Counted from the first letter of the stretch, positions 28,035 to 39,311 are shown. The stretch is 64,000 bases of DNA from Dehalococcoidia bacterium (GCA_040877915.1 JBBDNA010000006.1:128524-192523); one strand, 5' to 3'. The notes: generated by a model from the letters alone, not told the origin. Program-made: numbers and translations.

Positions 28035-29047
28035 CGCCTGGCCTCCCGTAGGGCGTCCGCCGTCAGCCCCTGGCCCAGGGAGTTGCGATACTCGGCCGGA
28101 TCGAACCTCGCGAAGAACGCCGTCGCCGCGTCCCGGCCCCGCTTCAGCAGCTCCCGTACTCGCTCCTCGCTCATGCCGAACTCGGTCGTCCGGTAGCCGG
28201 ACACGTTCATGGCAACCGTGCGACCGGCGCCCATGCGGTCCAGTAGCACGTCGTTGAGGCCGCCCATTGACGTGTCCACGATGCGTCGCGCCAGCTGGGC
28301 GACCCCCAGCCGGCGGTAAGCGAACTTCCTCTGCTCGTCCAGCAGGAAGCCTATCGTCGGCCAGCGCGCCTTTCGCGCGGAGTCGAACAGCCAGATCGGG
28401 AAGTTGCTCAGGAAGCCGCCGTCCACGATGACGGTCGGTGGGCTGGTCGTGGACAGGACCACGGGCTCGAAGTAGAAGGGGATGGCCATGCTCATCCGGA
28501 TGCCCAGGCCGATTCGCACCTCGTCCGGGTCCAGCCCCAGGTCTCTCAGCCCCTGCGGGATGATGGTCGCCTTCCTGTGGGTAACGTCGCTGGCCACGAA
28601 CTGAAGCCGGTACTCGGGGTGACCGTCCCGAACGTCCTCCGGGCGCGCTCTCACGTCGCCGAACCTCTGGATGGGGCGCGGGCCCCCGGCCAGCAGCGTC
28701 TCCATCACCTCGAGGAAGTAGTCGCCGCTGTACATCCCGAGGTGCGCGAACAGGTTCACCGCCGGCGATACGAAAGGGATGCCACCCAGCGACCGCCTTC
28801 GCGGCAGGTCCGAGAGCTTGACCGGCCCGATCACGCCGTCAATCCCCTTACCCGTCAGCAAGTCGCCGATCTGGGCCGGTTGATAGCCGGCGGCCAGCAG
28901 GGCAGCCGTGATAGCGCCCGCGGAAGTGCCGGCCAGGCTCTCCCACTGCGTCACGTACTCCTGGGCCACCGCCAGCGCTCCCACCAGGGCGATGCCCTTG
29001 GCGCCGCCCCCCTCGAACACGCCGTCGGCGGAACCGTAGTAGGACAC
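28031..29047 (-). CDS. Patatin-like phospholipase
   Basis: FEGGGAKG oxyanion motif, GTSAG nucleophile, VDGG catalytic Asp. Confidence 0.9.
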   Translation of the reverse strand: MSYYGSADGVFEGGGAKGIALVGALAVAQEYVTQWESLAGTSAGAITAALLAAGYQPAQIGDLLTGKGIDGVIGPVKLSDLPRRRSLGGIPFVSPAVNLFAHLGMYSGDYFLEVMETLLAGGPRPIQRFGDVRARPEDVRDGHPEYRLQFVASDVTHRKATIIPQGLRDLGLDPDEVRIGLGIRMSMAIPFYFEPVVLSTTSPPTVIVDGGFLSNFPIWLFDSARKARWPTIGFLLDEQRKFAYRRLGVAQLARRIVDTSMGGLNDVLLDRMGAGRTVAMNVSGYRTTEFGMSEERVRELLKRGRDAATAFFARFDPAEYRNSLGQGLTADALREARR

Positions 29048-29052
29048 GGACG

Positions 29053-29928
29053 CTACATCTCCGCCGCCTGCGGGATCACGTCCCGCCCCATCACCTCCAG
29101 CGGCGTCAGCTCGTCGGCGGCGGCGAGCGCCCCCAGCACCGTGTCCACTCCCAGCTTCGCGAACGTCTCCAGCTGCGCGACCAGCGCCCCTGCAGCCGCG
29201 CCGTCCTTCCCGATGTTCATCGGGAACAGCACCGTCTTCTCGATCTCGTCGTAGTTGCGCCCCTCCTCCTCGCAGCGCTGTCGCAGCACGGCGAACTTCT
29301 GCTTCACCAGCTGCTCCTGGCCGAAGATGTTGCAGGCGTCGGCGTAGCGGGCGACGAATCGCAGCGTCTTCCGCTCTCCGCCGCCGCCGATGAGGATGCG
29401 CGGTCGCGGCTGCGTCAGCGGCTGCGGGTAGCACAGCGTCTCCATCAGCCGGTAGTGCTTGCCCTCGTAGGGGCCGTCGTTGTCGCTCCACATCTGGAGA
29501 ATGATCTGCAGCGCCTCCTCCAGCCGCTCGAACCGCTCCTTCAGCGGCGGGAAGGGAATCCCCAGCCCCTGGTGCTCGCGGTCGAACCAGGCGGCGCCGA
29601 TTCCCAGCCAGGCCCGCCCGCCCGACAGCACGTCCAGCGTCGACACTTGCTTCGCCAGGTAGCCCGGGTGGCGGTAGGTCACGCCCGTGACCAGCGTCCC
29701 CAGCTTGACCTTCGAGGTGGCGGCGGCGATGTGGCCGAGGGTGGTGTAGGCCTCCAGCATCTCGTTCTCCACCGGGCCGACCATCGGAATCTGGAAATAG
29801 TGGTCCATCGTCCAGATCGAGTCGAAGCCGGCGCCCTCAGCGGTCGTGGCGATGTCCCGCAGCTTCGCGCCGAGCTGTGGTGGCCCGCCCTCCCAGGTGA
29901 AGTTGGGGATCTGCAGTCCGATTTTCAA
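29053..29928 (-). CDS. LLM-class (probably F420-dependent) oxidoreductase
   Basis: GFDSIWTMDH, LGTLVTGVTYRHP, DVLSGGR..LGIGAAW, ILIGGGGERKTL. Confidence 0.88.
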   Translation of the reverse strand: MKIGLQIPNFTWEGGPPQLGAKLRDIATTAEGAGFDSIWTMDHYFQIPMVGPVENEMLEAYTTLGHIAAATSKVKLGTLVTGVTYRHPGYLAKQVSTLDVLSGGRAWLGIGAAWFDREHQGLGIPFPPLKERFERLEEALQIILQMWSDNDGPYEGKHYRLMETLCYPQPLTQPRPRILIGGGGERKTLRFVARYADACNIFGQEQLVKQKFAVLRQRCEEEGRNYDEIEKTVLFPMNIGKDGAAAGALVAQLETFAKLGVDTVLGALAAADELTPLEVMGRDVIPQAAEM

Positions 29929-29988
29929 TGCGACCTCCTTGTGCGGGTAGTGCGTCCTCGGGCATTGTACGGAGGCATAACGTTTACG

Positions 29989-30696
29989 TCAACGAGAATC
30001 CAGCTTCTCCGTCGTCCCCAGGTAGAGCGGCGCCGAGGGACAGCGATCCATCAGCGGGCACTCTCCGCACAGCGGTCGCTGGGCCCGGCACAGCCGCCGC
30101 CCGTGCGTTATCAGCGAGACGTGGAACGGGTAGACCTCGTCCGGCGCCAGGATAGCCTCCAGGACGTCGTGCGATTGCGCCGCGCCGGTCTTCGCCGGCG
30201 CCAGCCCCAGCCGCTTGGCGACGCGCTCGACGTGCGTGTCCACGGGCAGCGCCGGCCGGCCCAGCGCGAACATCAGCACGCAGGCCGCCGTCTTCGGGCC
30301 CACCCCGGGCAGCGACCGGAGCCAGCCCTTCGCCTCCCCCAGCGGCATCTCCCGCAAGAACGACAGCTCGAACGACCCCTGCCGCCGCCACACCTCCTCC
30401 AGGATCGACTTGATGCGCGGGGCTTTGGTCGCGGCCAGCCCGCCCACCCTGATCTCGGCCTCGATCTCGCCCGGGTCCGCCGCCATCAGGACCTCCCACG
30501 TCGGGAAGCGGTCCACCAGCCGCATGAAGGCGCGACCGGAGTTGGTGTCGGACGTGTTCTGCGAGAGGATGGTCAGCACCAGCTCGGTCATCGGGTCGCC
30601 GTGCGGCCGCCACTCCGGCGTCCCGTACAGCGTGGACAGCGCGTCGACGATCTCCGCCGGCGTCAGGGGGTTGGCCCTCGTCCGTGTTCTTGCCAT
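29989..30696 (-). CDS. nth: Endonuclease III family DNA glycosylase (HhH-GPD, 4Fe-4S)
   Basis: ILSQNT, LPGVGPKTA, VDTHV, C-x6-C-x2-C-x5-C (LCRAQRPLCGECPLMDRC). Confidence 0.85.
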   Translation of the reverse strand: MARTRTRANPLTPAEIVDALSTLYGTPEWRPHGDPMTELVLTILSQNTSDTNSGRAFMRLVDRFPTWEVLMAADPGEIEAEIRVGGLAATKAPRIKSILEEVWRRQGSFELSFLREMPLGEAKGWLRSLPGVGPKTAACVLMFALGRPALPVDTHVERVAKRLGLAPAKTGAAQSHDVLEAILAPDEVYPFHVSLITHGRRLCRAQRPLCGECPLMDRCPSAPLYLGTTEKLDSR

Positions 30697-30698
30697 CG

Positions 30699-31712
30699 TT
30701 ACGGGTTCTTCGCGAAGTAGTCCCAGACGACGGTCGACAGGTTCGCGATGTCCGTGGTCTCGTAGAAGCGGTCGGTCAGCACGGCGATGACGTAGGGACC
30801 GCCCGGCCCCCACACCAGGGCAACGTCGTGGGTGACCTCGTTCAGGTTTCCGGTCTTGTGGGCCACCGCGGTCTCCGGCGGCACCCCGGCCGGGATGCGG
30901 TCGCGGACGCTCTCCTGGAGCAGCAGCGCCAGCATCTCCCGGCGCGACTCCTCGGTCACCCCGGCGCCGGAGGCCACAGCCTCCATCAGCAGCACCATGT
31001 CCCGCGCCGTCGTCGGCAGCTCGTACACCGTGACCGACATGTCGACCAGACCCAGCGAGCGCAGCGTCGCGTCGACTCGCGCCGGATTGACGACGTCCTG
31101 GATCATCACCGCCGTCGGCGTGTCGCTGACGATGATCATCGCCTTGAGGGCGTCAGCGACGGTCAGCGAATCGCCCTGCTCCAGCCCCAGCGGTCCCAGC
31201 GTGCCGAAGTCATAGGCCACGTACTCCTCGGTCAGCGTCAACAGCTCCGAGAAGTCGATCTCGCCGGCGTCGCGCTGTCGGTACGCCTCCAGCAGCAGCG
31301 CCATCTTGTACAGGCTGGCCGCGTCGTAGATCCGGCTCCCGTCCAGCGAGGCCGTGCGGCCGTCCTCCAGATTGCGCACGACGACGGAGTACGTGCCCTC
31401 GTAGCCGGCGATTGCCTTCTGGATGGCCGCCGCCAGCGCGGGGTCGTCCACCCGCGGCGCGAACGGAGGCAGCGGCGGAACTTCGACATCGTAGGTGAGG
31501 TAGTCGAGCGACTCCACCTCCGGCAGCTCCGGCAGAGCCACGCCGGGCACGGGTTCCGTTGGGGCCGGGGTGGGCGTAGGCGGCTGCGGCGTCGGCGTCG
31601 GCGTCGGGCTCGGTACGACCGTCGGCGTTGGGCCGGCGGTGCCGCCCTTGCAGGCGGCGAGGGCCAGCGCCATCAGCGCGACCAGCGTCAGTCCTGACGC
31701 GAGCGATCTCAT
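30699..31712 (-). CDS. Lipoprotein serine hydrolase, class A beta-lactamase-like fold
   Basis: Lipobox LALAAC, PT-rich linker, SLYK (SxxK), SDT (SDN-like), HKTG. Confidence 0.82.
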   Translation of the reverse strand: MRSLASGLTLVALMALALAACKGGTAGPTPTVVPSPTPTPTPQPPTPTPAPTEPVPGVALPELPEVESLDYLTYDVEVPPLPPFAPRVDDPALAAAIQKAIAGYEGTYSVVVRNLEDGRTASLDGSRIYDAASLYKMALLLEAYRQRDAGEIDFSELLTLTEEYVAYDFGTLGPLGLEQGDSLTVADALKAMIIVSDTPTAVMIQDVVNPARVDATLRSLGLVDMSVTVYELPTTARDMVLLMEAVASGAGVTEESRREMLALLLQESVRDRIPAGVPPETAVAHKTGNLNEVTHDVALVWGPGGPYVIAVLTDRFYETTDIANLSTVVWDYFAKNP

Positions 31713-31920
31713 GGGCACATTCTCGCCGCAAGCGAGAGCGAGCGCCAACCAGCGACCAGGGACGCGGGGGCCTCGAGAGACACAGCGGCGAGAGCTGGAC
31801 GGCTCTCGCCGCTGCCGGACTCCTGCGGTGGAGTCTCATCGCCGCAACCCCGGCCACCATAAGGCGCGGGGCCTTAACGGGCGGTTAAGGCGGATGAACG
31901 GCGCGTAAACGCTCTGTTAT

Positions 31921-32481
31921 CTACTCCACGGTGAACGGCGCGCTCATCCCCAGCTGGTAGTGGCTCTCCAGGTCGAACCCCTCCAGCTCCGCGATGTTGC
32001 AGATAAGCGCGTAGCTCCCCGGCGCCAGGTCCACAGCGATCGACGCCGAAGATGCCGGCGCGAACGGCTCGATCTCGTCGATCATATCCACATCGTCCTC
32101 GGGTACCCGCCCCTCTTCCACCGGCAGCTGGTCCGGGGCCTCATCCGTCTTGATGATCACGAACTCGTGCGGGTCCGTCGGGCCCGCATTTTCGACCAGG
32201 AAATAGACCAGCCCGGCCGCCACGCTGTCAGTGGCCGGGTTCACAGACCACTCCTGCAGGGTCACGTTCACCTGCTCCGCGCCCTCGGGCGCCGGCTCCA
32301 CGACGCCGGCCTCAGGGTCAGGGTCGGCCTCAGGGTCAGGGTCGGCCTCGGGGTCGGCCTCGGCTGTCGGGGTCGAGCCGCTGTCGTCGCCCGCCTCGTC
32401 GTCCTTGCAGGCGGCCGCGCCGGACGCTATGGCCAGAGCGGCCAGCGCCGCGAGAATCAGGAGCCATCCGGACCGTCTCAC
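31921..32481 (-). CDS. Lipoprotein with cupredoxin (blue copper, auracyanin/sulfocyanin-like) domain
   Basis: Lipobox AAAC, acidic EADP repeats, PHEF His ligand, C...H...GM C-terminal ligand set. Confidence 0.75.
   Translation of the reverse strand: MRRSGWLLILAALAALAIASGAAACKDDEAGDDSGSTPTAEADPEADPDPEADPDPEAGVVEPAPEGAEQVNVTLQEWSVNPATDSVAAGLVYFLVENAGPTDPHEFVIIKTDEAPDQLPVEEGRVPEDDVDMIDEIEPFAPASSASIAVDLAPGSYALICNIAELEGFDLESHYQLGMSAPFTVE
32311..32364. repeat. In-frame 18/12-bp tandem repeat encoding the (EADP/DP)n linker
   Basis: CTCAGGGTCAGGGTCGGC x2, then CTCGGGGTCGGC, CTCGGC. Confidence 0.8.
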
Positions 32482-32625
32482 TTCGCCTCTCCTTCTTTTG
32501 TCTTTATGGACACACTAAGACTATACATTAGGCTATACTAGTGCTCGCCATGCGTAGCGTCAACCCCTCGGTTCGTGGCGTGGAGTGGAGGCGCGCAGCA
32601 CCCAGGGAGTCGAGCGTCGACGCCG

Positions 32626-33081
32626 CTAGCCGGGCAGGTCCAGCGACATGCCCAGCAGCCGCTCTCGCAGCTCCGGCATCTGCGAGATGACCTCGTACTG
32701 GCGCGACGCCCGCACGGCGTCCTCGAACGCATCCATCTCGATTTCGCGGAACCCCATACGGCTGAAGAACGGCGCAGCGTTCATCGTGAACAGGTACACT
32801 CTGCTCACGCCCTGATCCCGCGCCGCCGCCAGCGACGCTTCGACCAGCCGCCGCCCATCGTCTTGCCCTCGTCGCTCCGGCGACACGACGACCGAGCGCA
32901 GCAGCGCCGCCTCGCCGAACAGCTCCAGCCCGGCGCAGCCCAGCACTCGTCCCCCGTCTTCGATCACGAGGAACGTGTCCAGGTATTCGTCCAGTCCGTA
33001 GGAGGGCAACCACTCCGCTTTGAGCAGCGCGTCGATCTGGGGGATGTCCTCGGCCCGCGCCGGCCGCAGCTCGCCGCTCAC
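32626..33081 (-). CDS. GNAT family N-acetyltransferase (ArsN2/ArgA-like)
   Basis: VLGCAGLE, LLRSVVVSPERRGQ acetyl-CoA motif, YLFT..A..FFSRMGF. Confidence 0.8.
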   Translation of the reverse strand: MSGELRPARAEDIPQIDALLKAEWLPSYGLDEYLDTFLVIEDGGRVLGCAGLELFGEAALLRSVVVSPERRGQDDGRRLVEASLAAARDQGVSRVYLFTMNAAPFFSRMGFREIEMDAFEDAVRASRQYEVISQMPELRERLLGMSLDLPG

Positions 33082-34043
33082 GCCATGGCCCGCAGCAGCC
33101 GCACCCGCTCTTCGATGGGCGGGTGCGTGGAGAACAGGTTGTTCAGGAAGCTCTGGTGGTCGCGCAGCGGGTTGTAGATGTACATGTGGGCGGTGCCCTT
33201 GTTCGCCGTCTCCAGCGGCTCCGGGTCGGCGGCGATCTTCTCCAGCGCGTCGGCCAGGGCCTCGGGGTTGCGGCAGAGCAGCGCCCCGGAAGCGTCGGCC
33301 AGGTACTCGCGCTGACGGGAGAGGGCCATTCGCAGGAGACCGGCCAGGACCGGCGCCAGGACGATGAACAGCAGGGCCACCACCAGGATTATCGCGCCGG
33401 CGGCGCCGCCGCCCTTGCCGCGGTTCCCGCTGCGGGCGCCGGCGCCGTACCAGGTGAACCGCAGCATAACGTCTGTGACCATGACGATCAGGCCCACCGC
33501 CACGGCCACCAGTGTCATCAGGCGCACGTCGTAGTTGCCGATGTGCGACAGCTCGTGGGCGATAACGCCCTCCAGCTCCCGCTTGTCCAGCTTGGTCAGC
33601 AGCCCGCGCGTGACCGCCACGTGGGCCGTCGCCGGGTCGCGGCCGGTGGCGAAGGCGTTCGGCGCCGAGTCCTCGACGACGTGGACGCGCGGCATTGGCA
33701 GGCCGGCGCCGATGCACAGGTTCTCGACGACGCGGTACAGCTCGGGCTCCTCCTCCTTCGTCACCTCGTGGGCGCCGCCGACCGATAGCACGGCGGCCGA
33801 TGCCGCGAAGTACATGATCGCTCCCAGCGCCGTGGCTACGAGGAGGGCGGCGATGGCTATTCGTATGGCAACGGGGAGGAGGTCGTCTTCCGCCACGCCG
33901 GCGTAGAGCGCGATGAAAACGCTCACGGCCGCGAAGAACCCGGCCACGAGAAGCGCGAACAGCACGAAAAACACGATCGTGCTGCGCCGGTTCTCATCGA
34001 CGCGGTCCCAGATCAGGACCCGCTCAGGCAGCGGCTGGGTCAT
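33078..34043 (-). CDS. htpX: HtpX family M48 zinc metalloprotease
   Basis: PNAFATG, HELSH, SRQREYLAD, FSTHPPIEER; follows lemA. Confidence 0.9.
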   Translation of the reverse strand: MTQPLPERVLIWDRVDENRRSTIVFFVLFALLVAGFFAAVSVFIALYAGVAEDDLLPVAIRIAIAALLVATALGAIMYFAASAAVLSVGGAHEVTKEEEPELYRVVENLCIGAGLPMPRVHVVEDSAPNAFATGRDPATAHVAVTRGLLTKLDKRELEGVIAHELSHIGNYDVRLMTLVAVAVGLIVMVTDVMLRFTWYGAGARSGNRGKGGGAAGAIILVVALLFIVLAPVLAGLLRMALSRQREYLADASGALLCRNPEALADALEKIAADPEPLETANKGTAHMYIYNPLRDHQSFLNNLFSTHPPIEERVRLLRAMA

Positions 34044-34057
34044 GAACGGAACCCCGG

Positions 34058-34630
34058 CTATTCCTGGCCGGTGAAGTCCACGCGGACCTCTTCCCGCGCC
34101 TCCTCTTCAGCCTCGAAGAACTCCGCCGCCGTGAAGCCGAAGTTCCGCGCGATGATCACGCTGGGGAGCGTCTGGATGCCGTTGTTGTAGCTCAGCACGT
34201 TCTGGTTGTAGAACTGCCGCGCGAAGGCGATCTTCTCTTCGATGTCCGAGAGCTCCGTCTGCAGCTGCCGGAAGTTGTCGGACGCCTTCAGCTCGGGATA
34301 GTTCTCGGCCACGGCGAACAGGTGCCGCAGCGCCTGCGTCAGCATGTTGTTCGCCCCCGCGGCCTCGCCGGCGCCGCCCGCCTGCTCCACCATAGACCGG
34401 GCCCGCGTCACCTCCTCGAACGTCTCGCGCTCGTGCTCGGCGTAGCCCTTCACGGTCTCCACGAGGTTGGGCACGAGGCTGGCCCGGCGTCGCAACTGGA
34501 CGTCGATGCCCGACCAGGCCTCCGACACCCGGTTCCGCGAGCGCACCAGCCCGTTGTACATCCCCACCAGCACGAAGCCGATGAGCGCGATTACCGCCAC
34601 CGCCACCACGATGATGATCACCGCTGTCAT
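34058..34630 (-). CDS. lemA: LemA family protein
   Basis: [47 protein letters not shown]. Confidence 0.93.
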   Translation of the reverse strand: MTAVIIIVVAVAVIALIGFVLVGMYNGLVRSRNRVSEAWSGIDVQLRRRASLVPNLVETVKGYAEHERETFEEVTRARSMVEQAGGAGEAAGANNMLTQALRHLFAVAENYPELKASDNFRQLQTELSDIEEKIAFARQFYNQNVLSYNNGIQTLPSVIIARNFGFTAAEFFEAEEEAREEVRVDFTGQE

Positions 34631-34727
34631 TGACGCCTCCTTGCTCTCTGGCGCCGCGCCCCGTCGTCGCAAAGTGTAGCACCTGCGCCTGTGGCCGCCC
34701 AACCCCCGGTGCTATCATGTCCGCGGC

Positions 34728-35258
34728 ATGTCCGTCCGTCCCGCCGCCAGGCCCCTGCGCGTCCGCGACTTCATGCCACTAGTCCTGGAGCGTGCGACTG
34801 AGCTGGTCCCGCCGGAGCTGCGCGGCTTCCAGTCGCGCATCCGCTTCACCTGGCTGTGGCTGCACTACTGGACGCCGAAGGTCCATTACGAGGTCTGGCT
34901 GACCCGCAAGACCAGCCGCATCGAGATCGGCCTGCACTTCGAGGGCGAGCGCGAGTTCTCCTACCGCTGGGCGGAACTGATGGCCGCTCGCATGCCGGAG
35001 ATCATGGCCGGCCTGGGGCCCGACGTCGAGCTCGAGGAGTGGACGCCGTCCTGGACGCGCATCCACCAGACGATCCCCTACGACCCGCTTACGGAGCCCC
35101 TCGCCGACGAGATCGCCCACCGGCTGGCCGAGATGGTAGCCGTCCTCCAGCCTATCGTCGCGGAGGAACGCGCGAACGTCCCGGCGGAGCTGGAGGCGCT
35201 CGCCCCGCCCAAGCCGAAGGGCCGCCCGCGCTTCCGCCGCGGCCGCCGCCGCGCCTAA
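34728..35258 (+). CDS. Hypothetical protein with basic C-terminal tail
   Basis: Host-like codon usage, TATCAT upstream, HYEVW..IEIGLHFE core; no family recognised. Confidence 0.7.
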   Translation: MSVRPAARPLRVRDFMPLVLERATELVPPELRGFQSRIRFTWLWLHYWTPKVHYEVWLTRKTSRIEIGLHFEGEREFSYRWAELMAARMPEIMAGLGPDVELEEWTPSWTRIHQTIPYDPLTEPLADEIAHRLAEMVAVLQPIVAEERANVPAELEALAPPKPKGRPRFRRGRRRA

Positions 35259-36217
35259 CGGGCCTCCGACAGCCGCGCTACCATCCCCAGCGCGCCGCCG
35301 AAGTCGCCCAGCGCGCTGGCCACCAGCCGCACGCCCTTGAGCGGCTGCGACATCGCCATCGCCTCCATCGTCGCCCGGGCCTCGGCCATCAGCAGCTCGC
35401 CGGCTTTGGCCACGCCGCCGCCGATAACGATGACCTCGGGGTCGAAGATGTTCACGTAGCTGGCCAGCGCCACCCCGAAGTATCGACCGGCCTCCCGGTA
35501 CAGCCCCACGGACGCCGTGTCCCCCTCGGTGGCGGCGCGGTGCACCATCTCCGCCGTCACCGGCCCCTCCGCCTCCCGCAGCTTCGCCAGCGCCGGCGAC
35601 TTCCCGCTCGCCGCCAGCTCCTCGCCGCGTTTGGCGATAGCCGTACCCGAGGCCAGCGACTCCAGGCAGCCGCGAGAACCGCAGCCGCAGGGCGGGCCGT
35701 TCACATCGATGACGATGTGCCCCAGCTCGCCGGCGGCGCCGCTCTTGCCGCCGTACATCTGCCCGTCGATGATGATGCCGCCGCCCACGCCGGTGCTCAC
35801 CGTTATGTAGATCATATAGCGGCTGCCCTTGCCGGCCCCGAAGCGATGCTCCCCCAGCGCGGCCGCCGTGGCGTCGTTCTCCAGCCGCGCCGCCAGGCCG
35901 ATGCGGTCGCCCAGGATCCGCGCCAGCGGCACGTCCTGCCAGCCGGGCAGCTGCGGCGCCTCGGGGACGATCCCCCGCTGGGCGTCCACCGCCCCCGGCG
36001 AGGCGATCCCCAGCCCGGCGAGGCTCGACCGCTCGACGCCTGATTCGGCCAGCGCCGCCTCGAACGACGCGGCCATGCGGTCGAGGACGGGCTCCAGCCC
36101 GTCGGCCGTCAGCGAGGGCCGGATGTCGCTGCCCAGCACCTCGCCCGAGCCATCGGCGACGATTGAGCGGACCTTCGTGCCGCCCAGGTCTATCGCGCCG
36201 TACAGCGGGGATGTCAT
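35255..36217 (-). CDS. ROK family sugar kinase (glucokinase-like)
   Basis: IDLGGTK, ENDATAAALGE, STGVGGG, ELGH, CGCGSRGCLE. Confidence 0.92.
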   Translation of the reverse strand: MTSPLYGAIDLGGTKVRSIVADGSGEVLGSDIRPSLTADGLEPVLDRMAASFEAALAESGVERSSLAGLGIASPGAVDAQRGIVPEAPQLPGWQDVPLARILGDRIGLAARLENDATAAALGEHRFGAGKGSRYMIYITVSTGVGGGIIIDGQMYGGKSGAAGELGHIVIDVNGPPCGCGSRGCLESLASGTAIAKRGEELAASGKSPALAKLREAEGPVTAEMVHRAATEGDTASVGLYREAGRYFGVALASYVNIFDPEVIVIGGGVAKAGELLMAEARATMEAMAMSQPLKGVRLVASALGDFGGALGMVARLSEAR

Positions 36218-36290
36218 AGCGTTGTTACGCACTCTACCCCAGCCTGAAGACTGGGGCATCCCTTGCGTTGAGTCGAGCCGGATAAGAAGT

Positions 36291-36731
36291 CTAGTCGCGG
36301 GACCAGAGGGTGTGGAAGCCTTCGCCGGCCAGCGCGGCCCCTATGGTCCTGCGTTCCAGGCCGCGCAGCTCGCCCAGCGTGCCGTCCATCATCTTCGCCA
36401 CGGCCGCCCGCTCGTCGCCCGCCAGCCGGTCACGGATGCGCCGCCACAGGCCGGACGTCTCCAGGAACTGCATGGAGTGAGGCCAGATGAAGAAGGTGAA
36501 TCGCTCCGGCACGCCGAAGGCCGGACGCTGCCGGCCCAGCCAGTGGAACCGCTCCTCGACGGAGGTCACCGCCTCCACGACCTGCACCATCGGGCCCACG
36601 TCCGAGTTCTCCCGGGCATCGACGATTACCCGCTCCGGGAACAGGCCGAAGCCGATGGTGAACACGTCGCACTCGTTCACCACCTTCCCGATCTCGTCGA
36701 GGTCGACAAGGACGCCGTTTTCAGTGAACAC
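36291..36731 (-). CDS. Hypothetical protein
   Basis: 146-aa ORF with host-like codon usage between groEL and the ROK kinase. Confidence 0.7.
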   Translation of the reverse strand: MFTENGVLVDLDEIGKVVNECDVFTIGFGLFPERVIVDARENSDVGPMVQVVEAVTSVEERFHWLGRQRPAFGVPERFTFFIWPHSMQFLETSGLWRRIRDRLAGDERAAVAKMMDGTLGELRGLERRTIGAALAGEGFHTLWSRD

Positions 36732-36808
36732 GAGGCCTCCGCGGGTTACCGGCCCGCCGGTTGGTTGGATTATCGATTCGCTTGGTTGCGCGTCGCTCTG
36801 ACGACAGT

Positions 36809-38473
<1,665 letters not shown>

Positions 38474-38500
38474 TTAGCACTCGCGTGGGCGGAGTGCTAA
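38474..38500. promoter_or_regulatory. CIRCE element (HrcA operator)
   Basis: Perfect TTAGCACTC-N9-GAGTGCTAA upstream of groEL. Confidence 0.97.
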
Positions 38501-38563
38501 TCGTATTTTTAGCGGAAACGGGGCTTCAGCGCAAGGGGGTGGCTGCTGTCGTCCGGGCCAAAG

Positions 38564-38601
38564 CGAGAGGGGAGACGCCCGAACGGGTGTCCCCCCTCTC
38601 G
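38564..38601. terminator. Long GC-rich hairpin downstream of the 22-mer repeat gene
   Basis: About 17-bp imperfect stem CGAGAGGGGAGACGCCC/GGGTGTCCCCCCTCTCG; no clear U-tract. Confidence 0.45.
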
Positions 38602-38618
38602 TTACGGCAGGCCGGAAA

Positions 38619-39197
38619 TTAGCTCTTGTCGCCGTTGTCTTTGAACGGCTCCTTCAGGACCACCTTCACGCCGGAAATCGTGCCGGTGACGGCGTCGCGC
38701 ACACGGCCGCCTACCTCGCCGCCGAGGTCGCCGGCGGCCTTCACGGCCCCGGTGGCGGCCGCCGAGGCGGCCTCCTCGACGCTCAGGCCGACGTCCCTGG
38801 CGCCCTGAATGGCGCCTTCGACGGCGCCCTTGGCGGCGCTGCCAACGTCGCCGCCCACTTCTGCCGTACCCTTCACAACAGCGCCCGCGGTGGCCGAAAT
38901 CGCAGCCATCGTCTCCGTGCCGGTCTCGCTCGTCGCCTTCACGACGCCGACGACGATCCCCTTGGCGGCCTTGGTGAGGTCCTGCCCGGTGTCCGAGGCG
39001 CCGCGGATGACGCCGCGCACGGTGTCGAAGATCACGTTGGTCGCCTCCTGGGTGACCGCGCCGACTCCGCGCAGGGCCGTGACCAGCGTGCCGCTCACGG
39101 TCTCGATGGCGGCGCTGGTAACGTCGCCAACGCCCTTGACCGCCGTCACCAGGCCATCTCGCACGTCTTCCAGAAGCCCTCTTCGCTCTTCGGTCAT
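38619..39197 (-). CDS. Ala/Gly/Val/Thr-rich protein with seven 22-residue repeats
   Basis: Periodicity visible in the translation; AAGGTGG RBS before MTEERR. Confidence 0.75.
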   Translation of the reverse strand: MTEERRGLLEDVRDGLVTAVKGVGDVTSAAIETVSGTLVTALRGVGAVTQEATNVIFDTVRGVIRGASDTGQDLTKAAKGIVVGVVKATSETGTETMAAISATAGAVVKGTAEVGGDVGSAAKGAVEGAIQGARDVGLSVEEAASAAATGAVKAAGDLGGEVGGRVRDAVTGTISGVKVVLKEPFKDNGDKS

Positions 39198-39311
39198 GAT
39201 CGACCACCTTCCTTCGCGCCTGCACCCCCCAGGCGGAAGTAGCATACCGGAACGAGGGCGTTTCGTCAATATTAGTTATCGAATACGCCTATAACTTGTA
39301 TACCAGCCTCG

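Noticed and set aside
28031-29047. CBASS CapV effector
   Set aside because: A housekeeping-type patatin in a metabolic neighbourhood, with no CD-NTase or cap genes nearby.
30699-31712. Acquired beta-lactamase resistance gene
   Set aside because: Host-like composition, lipoprotein with a linker, SDT instead of SDN and no mobile context; better described as a PBP-like serine hydrolase.
39219-39258. glnA glutamine riboswitch (GGAAGTAG motif near gltB)
   Set aside because: It lacks the P3 stem and second E-loop strand, lies upstream of the gltB promoter, and overlaps the RBS region of the divergent gene.
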